Source of the DNA: a virus
Virus record (IMG/VR): IMGVR_UViG_3300040959_000809
Direction: 5' to 3' (one strand)
Length of the DNA: 64,000 bases
Shown: positions 39,801 to 50,300 of the stretch, in pieces
Numbering within the stretch: the stretch's first letter is position 1
Layout: every line of letters begins with the position of its first letter
Translations under genes and position numbers: made by a program
The notes under the pieces: model-generated
What the model saw: only the letters and a program-made list of their open reading frames with translations
Database searches by the model: none
What the model was told of the DNA's origin: nothing

Positions 39801-42800
39801 TTGTAGAACATTAACAACACGGCGATCCCAATATTCCGATCCATCAAAGAGTGTATCATCAGCAAGACCTGTTCCGTAGTGCTTAAGTAGACCAAGATCC
39901 TCATTGCCACCATTGATAGCAAAACTACCAGCGGATAGTGTGCCTTGGAAATATGCATTGCCGTTATCAAGATCAATAGAAGCTCTTAAGTTTCCGCTAC
40001 CGACAAATACAAGCTCATTTGGATTACTTGTAGAAAAGTGTGAATATGCAGGATTATCATTACCGGCCCAGAAAATACCCCAGTTAGTAGCAGTTCTCCA
40101 AACCCAGTGTGAATAATCCTGAGCATCAAGGAAGATATTATTACTTCCGTCACCAGATGTAGCAAAACCAGCGCGTTGGATATAACCAGGAACTCTTAAA
40201 GCTCTATCTGCATTGGCTACATCAAGATCTAACCAATAGGATGTCGAAGATGGTGCATAATAAATTGGAGCCCGCATTTGGTTAGTGGCAAGGAAATAAC
40301 CGTTTTCAGTTTCTGCCTGTTTTGTACCATTAAAATATAAATCGGTTCCGGCATTTCTAGTAAGGTACATCGCCCATTTATTGTCAGTATCATTATAGAT
40401 ACCAGCTTCAGATGGACCAGATGACATGAATACCCAGTCATCATTAATTGCGTAACCAGCCCAACTGTTTGTAGTACCGCCAACTCTAATAGAACCATAA
40501 TCACCAGTAATACCATCAATAAAATATGTGGAACTATCTACTTCAAATTTTTGAGCTCTCATAATATTCGTAAGAGAGGTTCCAGCAAAATCACCGTAAT
40601 AATTTACGTCGTTGGAATCTACAAATTTTGGTGCTCTAAATTCAGTAGGTGTGTAAACGTGATCAACATAAGCAATTAAATTATCACGGGTATTATAAGG
40701 AGATGTGGTCTTTTTAAACCTCATTCTAATTGATTCATTGCCATCAAAATCATCTTCTGATTGAAGAATCAATGCACCCGTGTCTGTCCCAGATGGGCTT
40801 TCACCATAGATTTTCCAACCGTCATTATCACCGGTCTGTTGGCCGATATAATAAGTTGGCTGAGTAGATGTTGTGGTATATGATGTACCCACTGGGTTCT
40901 GAGGCATCGTAATCCGAGCCATAACAGATGTGCCAGAGAAATTACCATAGAAATTATTATCATCATAATCGTAATAGATTGGAAAATATGCATAATCATT
41001 TGCACTATATGCACCAATACCACCACCGTCGAATTCTGTAAATCTATTAAAATAAAACTTAGCTCTATCTGTTTGGAAATGAGAATAATTTGTATTCATC
41101 GGGCCAATATCTACATAACCCGATGGTGTTGTTAATCTCCATGCATTACTTGTTTCTGGTGTCCAGGAATAATCATTATTACTAATATCAATAAATGAAT
41201 TACCGTAAATATTATTCGCACCAAAATGTTCATATGCATTACCTGGATTGTTTCTTGCAACAATACGGCCTGTGGACTCAATACTGAGCTGAGAAGCAAC
41301 TACACCACCCCAATGAAAGGCTAGATGTGGAGGTGTTGCTGCGGCGGTTCCAGTATAATTGGATTCACGAAGTTCAATAGCAGCAGTTGAATATGACGTA
41401 CCTGTAGACGTGGCTGCAACCTCAAAATTACCTTTTAATTTACCACCTGCGGTAAAGTCCATGTAGAAGGTTTGATCATCACTGTCTTTAAATATATCAA
41501 AAATCGCATCACCAGTAGAATAAACATCAACGTTATTCCGTACGCGTAAATAGTTGGCATCTTCCATATACCAACCAGAACCCCAACCAAATGCAAGTTC
41601 CTCATCTTTTAAGAATGATGCAGTTCCACGGCCAAAGATAATACCGTCATCATTACCATTCAGATAAATCGAGCCACTCACATGAAGTTTTGGATTACTT
41701 GGAGTAGTCGTTAGTGCTGTATTGTCACCACCATCTGTATATGTTACAGAGTCACCATTAACAATAACATCGCCACCGTTTAGAATTGCGGCTCTAGCGG
41801 ATCCACCGCCACTATACCAATAAACATCACCGTCTGTATCAGATACATTATATACGTTTCCATTAGCGGCGCCTCTGACGGTGAACGTCTGAGTACCATC
41901 AGTATACAACGATATGTATCTGTTACTATCGTTGAAAGGGTTTTGTCCTAGGTCTATGCGGTTTAAATACATCAATGAGTAGCCGCCGTTTGAGCCACTC
42001 ATAGCGAATGTTGTGTTCTGTCCTGCGCCAATAGATCCATGAGGAGCAATTGCCAGACCACCATTGCCCGTAGTATCAGCCCATCTTGACGCGTCCGTAA
42101 TAGTGCCAAATAGCCCTTTACCTGCGGCCGTCAATGATGTGGTTGTATCTGCCGGATTTAAATAATATGAATTATTATCATAATCTGTAAACTTTGGTGC
42201 TCTCAGTTCATTTGTAAATTCACTGAAGCCGTTTGTGACTCTAAACCGTTTATTGTTATTAGTAAATACCTCAAATTCATCCGTAGCAGGGAAATGAATA
42301 TATGTGTCAATATTACTATCTCGTCTAATTTTATCAACAAGATTAATTCTTCTCATTCTTGAGGACGATGCAAAGTCACCATAGTAGGTAGCATCGTCGT
42401 TGTCATAATAGACACCCGCATACATATTTAATGCGCTTACATCGCCACTAAAAGTTCCACCAACGGCTGTGATATCACCAGTGAAGGTTCCATCATCAGC
42501 AGAAATATCACCATTAAAAATACCATTGTTTGCGGTGATATCATCTGAAAGTGTAATATCAACACCAGTAACAGTGCCGGCAAAATTAGCCGCATTTAAT
42601 TCGGAGGTCCCAGCTGGGTCAAGAAAATATGTGTCATCGTCCGAATCATAGAATTTTGGTGCATATACATCTACAGAAAAATCTGCAGAATCAGTATCAA
42701 TACTTAAGCGTTCAGTATTATCTGTAAATAACTTATATGTATTATCGGCAGAAAATCCAAAATATGTAGTTTGATTGTTATTGTGTAAAATCCAATCATC

Positions 42801-44705
42801 AATAACAATACTTGACATTACAGATGTACTTGAAAAATCGCCATAATAATTTAAATTATCACTGTCAACAAACGCCGGAGCCCGCATATTTGTTACAGAT
42901 TCAGAATATGTATTTGTTACATTAAATCTATTTGTCCCACCAGTCGTGATGGTAAATGTATCCGCTGCACTGAATCCAATATATGTATCTGTATCACCGT
43001 CATGAAAGATTTCACCGACCAATGAAATATCATTTATTCTAGAAGTTGTTGCAAAATCACCATAGAAGTTTAAATTGTCACTGTCATAATAGACAGGAGA
43101 CCGCATTTCAGTATTAGCGGTTACAATATTTCCAGTTGCAGTTCCTGTTACATCAAGATTACCAAAGACATCAACTCCAGTATTGTTGACTGTCATTCTT
43201 GTTGAGCCGCCGGTATCAATATTAACTATATTACCCGCAGCATCAAATGTAATTTTTGTATCAACATCGCCGTTATGAATTATTGAATCATCAACATAAA
43301 GATTTGGTGCGTATACGTCTACAGTAAAGTCTGCAGAATTATTGTCTATGCCAAAACGCTCGACGCTGTTTGTTTGAAAACTAATGTCATCATTTGTAAA
43401 TGATATCTTTGTACCTTCATCACCATTGTGTGATAAATCAGCATCAATTCCTATGTTATTAAACACAGAACTGCTAGCAGGGTCTACGATATATGTATTA
43501 TCGTCAAAGTCAATAAATCTCTTACCAATTACATCAGCTTGGGATGAAATATTTCCTACTGCACCTATCTCACCACCGGCAGAAATATCATCTCCCGCAA
43601 TAACATCATCACCTGCAATTACATCAGAAGTAGCATTTACATTTCTCCCGGCAATTACATCCTGGCCTGCTTCTACGTCTGTACCAGCAATAACTTTATT
43701 TGTAGCATTTACACCATCGGTATTTGTATTTGCACCTACGATCCAGTTATCATACTGATCCGAATAAGCAGCATAATTAAGACCCGAATTGAGGAAACCA
43801 ACATCTCCATTATTGGAGTAAATAATTCTATTTGAACCAGCACCGTCTAAATAAATTTGAGCAGGACCACCATTATCACCTATGGTCAGATCCCCCAGGA
43901 TGGTAATGTTACCATTTGCAGTATCGTCTACATCTGAACGTAAGAATTGTGCCGCTTCTAAGCCATCAACACTATCTGCATCAAAACCATTACCGGAACC
44001 TTCGTCTGCAGTTGTAATGATACGACCAAGATCTGTTTCTGTGCCACTGATTAGTTTCCAATAATCACTACCCTCGTCCCATAAAATTTGTGGAGTTCCA
44101 AGGGTACCGCGCTCGATTTCAATACCAGCATTTTCTGTTGGTGAACTGCCTGTATAATCTGCATTAAGAGTGATAATATTATCTGAAAGGAGAATAGTTT
44201 CTGTATCGACATATGTGGTAGTACCTGATACAGTCAGGTTACCAGTAATGATAAGGTTACCGTCGAATGTGTCATCTTCATCACTGCGAAGGAATTGGAG
44301 TGAATCAATCCCATCGAGTAAATCCGCATCAAGACCAGAACCGGTCCCATCATTATCTGCGTACCAAATTACGCTTCCGTTGACTGTGGGTCCTATTTTA
44401 AAATCGGGACCGGTGGACGTAATTTCAAATTGTGTGGCATTATTATATTGGAATTCTAACCCATCTGAACTAGGGTGAAAAATAATTCCATTATTCTGTT
44501 GTGAATTGTAGACACTAAAAATATCAGCACTTAAATTTTGAATATTTAATGTTGTGGCTGAACCTTCAATGGAAAGAGTTCCATCAATATTTGTATTTCC
44601 AGTTACTTGAAGTATATCTGATGTGTTGTATGTGGTCGAGCCAATAACAACACTTTCTTGCGTCAGAAGACCATTTTTTACTATGAATTTCTTATCATTA
44701 GCCAT
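33867..44705 (-). CDS. Giant modular tail fibre (about 3,612 aa) with C-terminal peptidase S74 intramolecular chaperone
   Basis: FSDERHKENI...LRGVYYNW...HMGVIAQE...VAYDKLVGVLIEATK; ATG 44705 preferred over GTG 44714; AATAAATA at 44754-44761. Confidence 0.9.
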   Translation of the reverse strand: MANDKKFIVKNGLLTQESVVIGSTTYNTSDILQVTGNTNIDGTLSIEGSATTLNIQNLSADIFSVYNSQQNNGIIFHPSSDGLEFQYNNATQFEITSTGPDFKIGPTVNGSVIWYADNDGTGSGLDADLLDGIDSLQFLRSDEDDTFDGNLIITGNLTVSGTTTYVDTETILLSDNIITLNADYTGSSPTENAGIEIERGTLGTPQILWDEGSDYWKLISGTETDLGRIITTADEGSGNGFDADSVDGLEAAQFLRSDVDDTANGNITILGDLTIGDNGGPAQIYLDGAGSNRIIYSNNGDVGFLNSGLNYAAYSDQYDNWIVGANTNTDGVNATNKVIAGTDVEAGQDVIAGRNVNATSDVIAGDDVIAGDDISAGGEIGAVGNISSQADVIGKRFIDFDDNTYIVDPASSSVFNNIGIDADLSHNGDEGTKISFTNDDISFQTNSVERFGIDNNSADFTVDVYAPNLYVDDSIIHNGDVDTKITFDAAGNIVNIDTGGSTRMTVNNTGVDVFGNLDVTGTATGNIVTANTEMRSPVYYDSDNLNFYGDFATTSRINDISLVGEIFHDGDTDTYIGFSAADTFTITTGGTNRFNVTNTYSESVTNMRAPAFVDSDNLNYYGDFSSTSVMSSIVIDDWILHNNNQTTYFGFSADNTYKLFTDNTERLSIDTDSADFSVDVYAPKFYDSDDDTYFLDPAGTSELNAANFAGTVTGVDITLSDDITANNGIFNGDISADDGTFTGDITAVGGTFSGDVSALNMYAGVYYDNDDATYYGDFASSSRMRRINLVDKIRRDSNIDTYIHFPATDEFEVFTNNNKRFRVTNGFSEFTNELRAPKFTDYDNNSYYLNPADTTTSLTAAGKGLFGTITDASRWADTTGNGGLAIAPHGSIGAGQNTTFAMSGSNGGYSLMYLNRIDLGQNPFNDSNRYISLYTDGTQTFTVRGAANGNVYNVSDTDGDVYWYSGGGSARAAILNGGDVIVNGDSVTYTDGGDNTALTTTPSNPKLHVSGSIYLNGNDDGIIFGRGTASFLKDEELAFGWGSGWYMEDANYLRVRNNVDVYSTGDAIFDIFKDSDDQTFYMDFTAGGKLKGNFEVAATSTGTSYSTAAIELRESNYTGTAAATPPHLAFHWGGVVASQLSIESTGRIVARNNPGNAYEHFGANNIYGNSFIDISNNDYSWTPETSNAWRLTTPSGYVDIGPMNTNYSHFQTDRAKFYFNRFTEFDGGGIGAYSANDYAYFPIYYDYDDNNFYGNFSGTSVMARITMPQNPVGTSYTTTSTQPTYYIGQQTGDNDGWKIYGESPSGTDTGALILQSEDDFDGNESIRMRFKKTTSPYNTRDNLIAYVDHVYTPTEFRAPKFVDSNDVNYYGDFAGTSLTNIMRAQKFEVDSSTYFIDGITGDYGSIRVGGTTNSWAGYAINDDWVFMSSGPSEAGIYNDTDNKWAMYLTRNAGTDLYFNGTKQAETENGYFLATNQMRAPIYYAPSSTSYWLDLDVANADRALRVPGYIQRAGFATSGDGSNNIFLDAQDYSHWVWRTATNWGIFWAGNDNPAYSHFSTSNPNELVFVGSGNLRASIDLDNGNAYFQGTLSAGSFAINGGNEDLGLLKHYGTGLADDTLFDGSEYWDRRVVNVLQGSETNNIQTGDYSKSSDSPTASSYVVRTSAYRQFYSDYIAVEPGEEIYGEMAIRYVSGSGGLFYYGIERFDKDKKPIAGNTGTTYFVASAVNYTSTGWNTYRGFTTIPTTHTPYNGSDGGGCRFVRIRILMNYNSAGALREFGPPILKRSNVQGRIRSDDIFVTGDLDVSGNADAPVFRDRDNTGFYGDFAGTSVMNQVNVSKIVDRDNNAYIWDGNADLSMRVYGEIANSNYSVGNMQPGALNIGRTDTNYDFSAGTWASDIRAGLMANFSETWEFVGHDSGDAVKSFLFYDGTDDLYIGRNIGWSTTRVTTPGNIYSPIFYDNDDPNYYGNFASESRMQRIQLVPTAGYNSSGGQPARIQLGDETNKTNGLLSESRRPDLTLRGQYPQINLVSSRINNSTHGPTLRFMGYDSANASTGNFKHWVIGTSGTNSTRLSFGYSPNNTNPHYGIGRGWSSGNNEAMFWLQNDRHVYAENTIYANRFTDRSSTSYWTEPGDRSYLNTLTLGGFDQNNPQQGQWYSRTPYNWNGSVLSYYYIRVATLSSATSIGAIEYYCKRDSNYPGAVKGTVHMATYASSGMSIQHDLESSNGQISPEVYIDNARNVYLRFSGAAWNSFARWRWIYRNGQTIQNDQGSTSAPANSRLIIPGKSQRMTFNNAASITHDYDSPNIANRYDAHNSVRAPIFYDSNDPNYYGNFASTSRMNAINVNTTTHVAGGIANFQTSSGSTRGYIQATETNDAHLIIATSGGEDISFRDGGVGGQWNMIVRGNGQTLINDRIDSPIFYDRNDPAYYADPAGFSNMGTGIRATEFYARNWFRNDNSGEGLYNQATAMHWYSDTNQRFRLYSTQATSQILFTTTGNSARGYIRADNSNNIGFRNSADSQWALRTNGGTTEIYGNAYADRYYDRNNPAYYGDFASTTLMNYARINNVYDGQTRRFAMPNGGTYTTSASTVNGVLTIYLPTSRYSGNTMLHFDVNVYEYNFGRMSTFRVGGYAYSSGRWTNVSVTQLTDSDYGRVNFRFGTDGSRHIVCIGEYKGWQYPQVSVTNVHTGYSSFSTDWGNGWTVGFRGNGDYGTVRQTRTASMALTTNNASNYNTSMYATIYYDYNNPAYYGDFASTSRMNTIIANVYSLDNGWDIYDDDADTMSIRSNDSDHGEIIFRDSNSTNCGRIYFDEDSHWGFKSPDDDWQIYLERNARTILYYNGGQQARTQNGYFEANNDMRAPIFRDTDDSNWYFNPVSINSTRFKGVNNVTMAYMALPGHTRDSGEYYRARPRITSDTNYWSGAMGWGKQDMTTVVADWGSGFIDSWSNPGNQPSGTSHWVGVQAYHYSNGTNRYGWQMVGGPITNLRFRSTWGNTFRAWRTIPVLDENSSNGGSMYAGRYYDTNDPAFYADPASTSIMNTITADRFNMKDQGDYITFYGNDNTNHSITSRNAAGDASDDIRINSYNNVFINIDSNNNNDENSGLYLGQHGAGSSDIANQWRFQARANGNVYASQSFRAPLFYDTDDDTYYMNMAGNSNINTMDFNRLDGPSNSTRDKIRVYDSSDFAIGMQSGITYGGLNDWAMTFQFNDEDDRGFWWGDTGHNTAQGAMSLTTQGRLVVADTFKVGGGTGDTGTASYDLHVVGNGYADGSFRSPIFYDHNNDGYYGNFASTSRMNVIEANVYDSPYNGSNSGGSYDRSDWPYGWGFQENGAWSSPYPDLVLQYHTGITMAAYGGYGGIRIERDYNNNTLNWTFNNNTSGYTYKAAWQLTNTSGYYSSTNGWHIYPNSSTSYGSMNLLGNRNNYYGFAMSQVSNDIHWMFRSTDGGYGGLYYQGLGRWAWFYNPNNTCLGIGSSTTSSTYELYVSGDIYATGDIVAFSDERHKENIVTIDNALDKVLNLRGVYYNWKWQPEDKEHRRHMGVIAQETAKVVPEVITYDDENDRYGVAYDKLVGVLIEATKDQQDLINKQEQKLDNQQKEIDKLKEMVYKLMESK
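34822..43530 (-). repeat. About 23 coding linker repeats, consensus APxFYDxDDxxYYGDFASTSxMN
   Basis: Counted in the translation; near-identical DNA copies at 34822-34857, 37687-37732 and 38797-38824. Confidence 0.85.
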
Positions 44706-44762
44706 TCGGTTCACTCTCCCCAGTTAGGCTTTAATTAACCAATTATTTTAGTTTATTTATTA

Positions 44763-47345
44763 TTATTCAACAAGGCGAGCAAAAATCTTATATGTCGTGG
44801 GCGTTGCAGATGCATTTACTGCTACTACATTTACATTGCCAGAACCCAATCCAACATCGAACGACGCCAGATCATTTGCGGTGGTTGAAATATTACCAAA
44901 TTCCGTTGCGTATGCTGTAGTCCCATCATGAACTATAAGCATTTTAGATATCTGAGTACCTAAACTTGTTGTGGCGGTGATGGTCAATTCTCCGGATGAA
45001 TAATCCGAGCCGGTCCATTGTAAAATTAGAGCAGGAAAGACGGATGATGAACTTGCAGTTAATGTAATAAGTCTTGCATAGTCCTGAATAATATCTGCCT
45101 GGACTTCAAGATCACCAGTCATTGTATCGCCGGTTACATTTACATATCTGGCATCTGCGGTTGCTTGATCTAAATAATTTCTAATACCTTTGGTGACAGA
45201 AACGACATGCCCGAAGTCATCAAAGGATACTGATTCAATAAATTCTGGTGCCAAGGAAGTATTTGCAAACACAACATTTGCTTGTGATGAAGTATCAGCA
45301 TGACTTATGGTTCTGCTTGCACTTAAATCACCACCACCAGTGAGACCATTTGCCCCAGTAATGGTAATTGTTTGGAAGGCAAACCGACCATCACTTTCCG
45401 TTTCTGTATAATACCTATTGTCTAATTGACCATTGTCAAGTTCTGTTTCCGTGTAATAACGAGTATCAAGATCAATAGACGACACACCGACAACGTGGCC
45501 AAATGTATCAAAATTAATATCCTGTAAAACACTACCATCTGCATTATCAACATTTGCTTGAGCAGAAACATCTTCATGGTTAATGGTAATTACTTGATTT
45601 GTAAACTGGTTGGTAGTAAATGTGCCGCCACCAATGAGTGCGTCACCTGCGACAATTTGAATGCTGCCGTCACCAATTTGAGATGCAGCGCTATTTGCTG
45701 CCTGTGATAAAATTTCTGATGCATGTAGGCCATCCAACAAATCAGCATCAAGTCCTGACCCAGTACCGTCTACAGTTTTAATTTGATTTAAAACAAAAGT
45801 AGCATCTGGAACATTCGTGAAATTTGAATATTCAAGATAATAGTCACCGTTGGCACCATCCAACAAATCAGCATTCAATCCAGAACCTGGACCATCTACC
45901 GTTTTAAGTGCATTTAAAATTTCAGTAGCAGTTTGATCCGCAGTTGCGCCATCTTCAATTAAATCAAGTTTGGCACCATCAACCGAAATGTCTCTACCGT
46001 CTACATCGCCGGTGACTATAATATCACCATTAACTGTTAGGTTTGTAAAATTATCTACATTTACAAATCGTACTGTTCCATCACCAGTTTCAAGTCGTAA
46101 TGTATTATTTGCAGTTTCCCATGTAAAACTTTCCACACCGGCAACAGCAGTATTTGATAATAGCGTTACACGACCATCTTCATCAACTGTTATAATAGGA
46201 ATCTGTGATGCAGAACCATATGTCCCGGCGATTACACCAGTATTTGCAAGCTCAGTGGTGATATCAATAACACCATTATTTGAAACCGCAGATCCTGTAA
46301 CTTTACCAGAAAGATTAACAGTGGTTGTTGCCGATGCAAGCCCATCAAGTATAATACCGTCAGCAGCAATATCTCTACCATCAACTGTTCCAGTGACTGT
46401 AATATCACCATTTACAGTGAGGTTTGTGAACTCATCTATTGGTGTTTTAAATACACCACCATCTGCTGTCTGAATTACAAAAGTATTATTAGCGACATAC
46501 CAATTTGTAGCTGATACCCCAGCAACCGATGTAGTATTTGCAACTGTAATTCTACCATCTTCATCAATCGTAAGAATAGGAACAAGAGATGCAGATCCAT
46601 AGGTCCCAGCAGTCACGCCAGTATTTGCAAGCTCAGTGGTTAATGTCATTACGCCTGTATTAGAGAATGCATTACCAGTGACCTTACCATTAAGTGTAAG
46701 ATCTAAAGTGGCCGGTGGTACGTTTGTAAAATTATTATAATCTAAATAATATTCACCAGATTGACCGTCTAAAAGATCTGAATCCAATCCTGAATTAGCA
46801 CCATCAACAGTCTTAATTAAATTTAAAATGTCTTGTGGGTCAGCAGAAAATTCTACGATTGATTCTGTTACAGTCCCTGATGAAACAGTAATAGTTCCAA
46901 CCATACCAGAATGAACGGAACATTGATAATAATAGGTCCCTACCTGATCTGGATTTGGAATCCATACAACATCTGATCCACCTTGAGCACCCTGTCCAAT
47001 GGCATTAAAAATCTGATCATCAGTTCCTGTGCCAGCGACAGTTTTTAAATATAAAGGATGGCCAGATGCGTTATTAGTAATAGTGAGAGTATCACCAGCC
47101 TGAATGGAAATATTCCCATCAAGGCTTACAATAGGGCCTGTTCTATCAGTACCCTGTACGATCCAATCTGAACCACCTGAATTTAAAAATGAAACCGCAA
47201 AACTAGATGTGTTTGCAAATTCTGCTTTTTTAATGAAAAGTTTGCCGTCAGCAGTATTAAGAGCGGCTTCACCAAACTCTAATTGCCCAGTCGTGGGGAC
47301 ACGGCCGGGTGTATTAGTCTGTCTGAGTTTGATAAGCGTTGTCAT
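44763..47345 (-). CDS. Virion fibre-type protein, 860 aa: Mtd-N-like start, cupredoxin-like domain, DADLLDG repeats
   Basis: IKLRQTNTPGRVPTTGQLEFGEAALNTADGKLFIK; SGHP...YYQCSVHSGMVG; duplicated TTELANTGVxAGTYGSAS modules; CTAAATA at 47377-47383. Confidence 0.75.
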   Translation of the reverse strand: MTTLIKLRQTNTPGRVPTTGQLEFGEAALNTADGKLFIKKAEFANTSSFAVSFLNSGGSDWIVQGTDRTGPIVSLDGNISIQAGDTLTITNNASGHPLYLKTVAGTGTDDQIFNAIGQGAQGGSDVVWIPNPDQVGTYYYQCSVHSGMVGTITVSSGTVTESIVEFSADPQDILNLIKTVDGANSGLDSDLLDGQSGEYYLDYNNFTNVPPATLDLTLNGKVTGNAFSNTGVMTLTTELANTGVTAGTYGSASLVPILTIDEDGRITVANTTSVAGVSATNWYVANNTFVIQTADGGVFKTPIDEFTNLTVNGDITVTGTVDGRDIAADGIILDGLASATTTVNLSGKVTGSAVSNNGVIDITTELANTGVIAGTYGSASQIPIITVDEDGRVTLLSNTAVAGVESFTWETANNTLRLETGDGTVRFVNVDNFTNLTVNGDIIVTGDVDGRDISVDGAKLDLIEDGATADQTATEILNALKTVDGPGSGLNADLLDGANGDYYLEYSNFTNVPDATFVLNQIKTVDGTGSGLDADLLDGLHASEILSQAANSAASQIGDGSIQIVAGDALIGGGTFTTNQFTNQVITINHEDVSAQANVDNADGSVLQDINFDTFGHVVGVSSIDLDTRYYTETELDNGQLDNRYYTETESDGRFAFQTITITGANGLTGGGDLSASRTISHADTSSQANVVFANTSLAPEFIESVSFDDFGHVVSVTKGIRNYLDQATADARYVNVTGDTMTGDLEVQADIIQDYARLITLTASSSSVFPALILQWTGSDYSSGELTITATTSLGTQISKMLIVHDGTTAYATEFGNISTTANDLASFDVGLGSGNVNVVAVNASATPTTYKIFARLVE

Positions 47346-47385
47346 ATGTTTTTATTCTTTCTATTAAACCACATATTATTTAGGT

Positions 47386-50300
47386 TTAAAAAGCACCACC
47401 GTTAATTTGAGAAACTGTCACCACACCTGCGCTCACATTAAAGTTAGCGGCAGAAAATGCGGCGGCACCAATATTTGTTGTACTTGCTAATTCTGCAGAA
47501 ATTGTTATTTCATTATTAGCATGACTTGTGTCAATCCCTTCACCACCAACGAGTGTTAGAGTTTCACCTAATCTAACTTCATCAGCAACTCCAGCATCAG
47601 ATCCAAAGTTAATAAAAGGATTTGTTACTCTAAATTCGGTTCCGGTAATGCTTAAACCATAACCTGCAGTATATGTTCCGGCACCTGAGAACTGATACCA
47701 ATTAATATCATCACTATTAAGTGTAAAGAGTTCAGCATCGTCTACCTGTGCTACCCAACCTGTTCCATTATTAACCGTGCCGTCAGTTACAAATACAAAC
47801 GATCCAGGAATTTCATCACTCTCGTTGAAGTACTCACCTCTGGTTAATATCCAAGGCCTTGCAGGATCTACTGCATTACCGTCCTGAGTAAGAACATATG
47901 CACCATTTTGAATCGGATCTGTTTGATCCTTTACAAGTACCCGGTCACCAATTTCCCAATTAGTTACACCGTCCAATGCAAAAGGTGTATTGGTTGGGCC
48001 AGTTATTGTTCTTAAATCACCATCAAAAGTACCACCTAAATCAGTAGTCGTTGCCGCCAGAGCAGATGGTATTACGCGTAAACCTTGAGCAGTAGCATCA
48101 ACATAGGCCTTGTTTGCAGCATCAGTACCTGCTACAGGTGATAAAAGATTTGAAATAAGACTTGAATTAACATCCACTACATTGGAAGCTGGATTTAAAC
48201 TTAAATCGCTTTCACCAACCGTGGCAATTTCATTAGTCGTAAGTGTTAAATTACTATTAACTTGCACACTAGTGCCAGCATCAATAGTTGTTCCTACAGT
48301 TAAACTATTATCTATTTCTAGTTCATTTAGAAGTGAATCAGTTCCAGCAGGGTGTAGGAAATATGAAATATTATCAATGTCAACAAAACGTTTTGCTTCC
48401 ACATCACCATCCGGAACAACCCAATTACTGGTTGCACGTTCTGCATATGCTGTGTAGTTAAACGAGTTATTAAGGAACCCAACCCTACCGCCGGCAGCAT
48501 ACATTGTTGATACAGTACCTGAGCCATCTGTAAACGATAGCTGAGTGGTTGACCCACCGTAACCGAAATGCATTCTATTAACTCTGGATTCACTATGCGG
48601 ATCCATGTAATAGTTTGGATTATTTGAATCAATGAATCTAGGTGCTGAAATATTACCTGTTAAAACACCACCAGCTAATGAAAGATATCTTGCATCTAGG
48701 TTTATTGCTGCTGCGGTCTGAACATGGCCGTAATCATCAAATGTTAAATTTTGGATCACGGTCCCATTTACAAAACCCGTATCACCCATTACAGATGTAT
48801 CACCGTGCATAATCGTGGCGGTAGAGCCTACACCTTGACTATGAAATACCACAATTGAACCGTTAGCTTCACCCTGTACATCATTTACAAAGTTAAAATT
48901 AGCGGTTAATGGAATTGTTACGTCGGAAACACTGAGTACGGTATTTGATCCTACCATATCTCCAGTTACATTAATTACAAAATCATCAATAGTTGAATTG
49001 ATAACACCGTTGGCGGATGCATCTTCATATGTATATGAAATACCCTGATGAGTACCAAATCTGAACTGAGAGGCTGTAATATCTTGTGAAGCTTCTTCAA
49101 ATTCCACAATCGCATTTGATTGTAATACAAATGGGACCTCAGTAGCATCAATGATTCTACCAAAACCATCTACTGTAAATCTAGGTGTATAGCCATCATT
49201 ACCATATCTACCGGAGGAAACACCAGACGGTGCCAGTTGGATTAGGAGTGCGTTATTTACAAATTCTGCATTAAGCCCAAGACCAATCTGAAATGTTGGA
49301 TCATTTTCCAATAGGGTCATATTATAAGTATTGGATCCTTCCAGAATATCTAATGTTCTGGTAAAGTCACCATTTTCCAAATAGTCAAATGTTACAACAT
49401 CGGTATTAGATGTAGGATTAGCAACATTGGTGATCTTTGTTCCTGATGCATTAACCGCACCATTTGCTTCCAAAAATAAATCTGCATTAGACGTTATTTT
49501 TGTGTTGACATTTAGCTCACCGGTGTTATAATTAATTATGACCTTATTTAAACCATTACCAAATCGTACATCACCTGATGAATCAATCCGTGCTCTTTGT
49601 ACACCAGCGGTAAAGAAATCCAATTGATCGTTGTCGGCATTGGGACTTGATTCTGCAACAATCTTTGTATCTTGATCTACATCAATGACGGACCCTGCAA
49701 GGCCGGCCCAAATATTTCCATCATACCCTTCAAATCTACTGTCAGTAGTATTATATCGGATCATGCCTGTTTCGGCTGAAGGTCTATCACCAACTGCACC
49801 AACAGGAAGTTTTAATGCACCAATAGTACCAATGGAAACAACTTCGGAATCACTCTTAATCTCAGGTGTAAAGATTCTATTCCATTGTTTACCGATTGCA
49901 CCAAGATTATAAGTTAAATCAGCATTAGGAACTAGATTACTTGTAAAGTCGGCAACGACTTCGATTGTATCAACATTGGCATCACCAATTGTAATATTTC
50001 CACCGAGGGTAAGATTACCAGTAATGTCGGTGTCGCCGTCAACTGTAAGTGTAGATCCATCAAACCGCAATGTGTTGCTATCTATAAGTGATCCACCAGA
50101 ACCAACAAAGATAACTCTATTTTCTGTTAGGTTTCCAGCTGAAAGTCCTGAGCCTCCAATGCCTCCACCGATTGAAAGAGTACCACCAATATTTGTATCA
50201 CCGGTAGCCCAATCAATTGTAAACTTATTTAAGCCATCACCAAATTTAAAATCACCGTCTGCATCTAATCTTAATGTTTGATTTCCAGAGTTGAAAAAAT

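Noticed and set aside
34822-43530. Repeats separated by unique sequence, superficially CRISPR-like
   Set aside because: The repeats are coding and degenerate, spacing is hundreds of bases and irregular, and there are no cas genes.
18228-44705. Possible diversity-generating retroelement targeting the fibres or propellers
   Set aside because: There is no reverse transcriptase and no non-coding template copy differing at adenines in this window.
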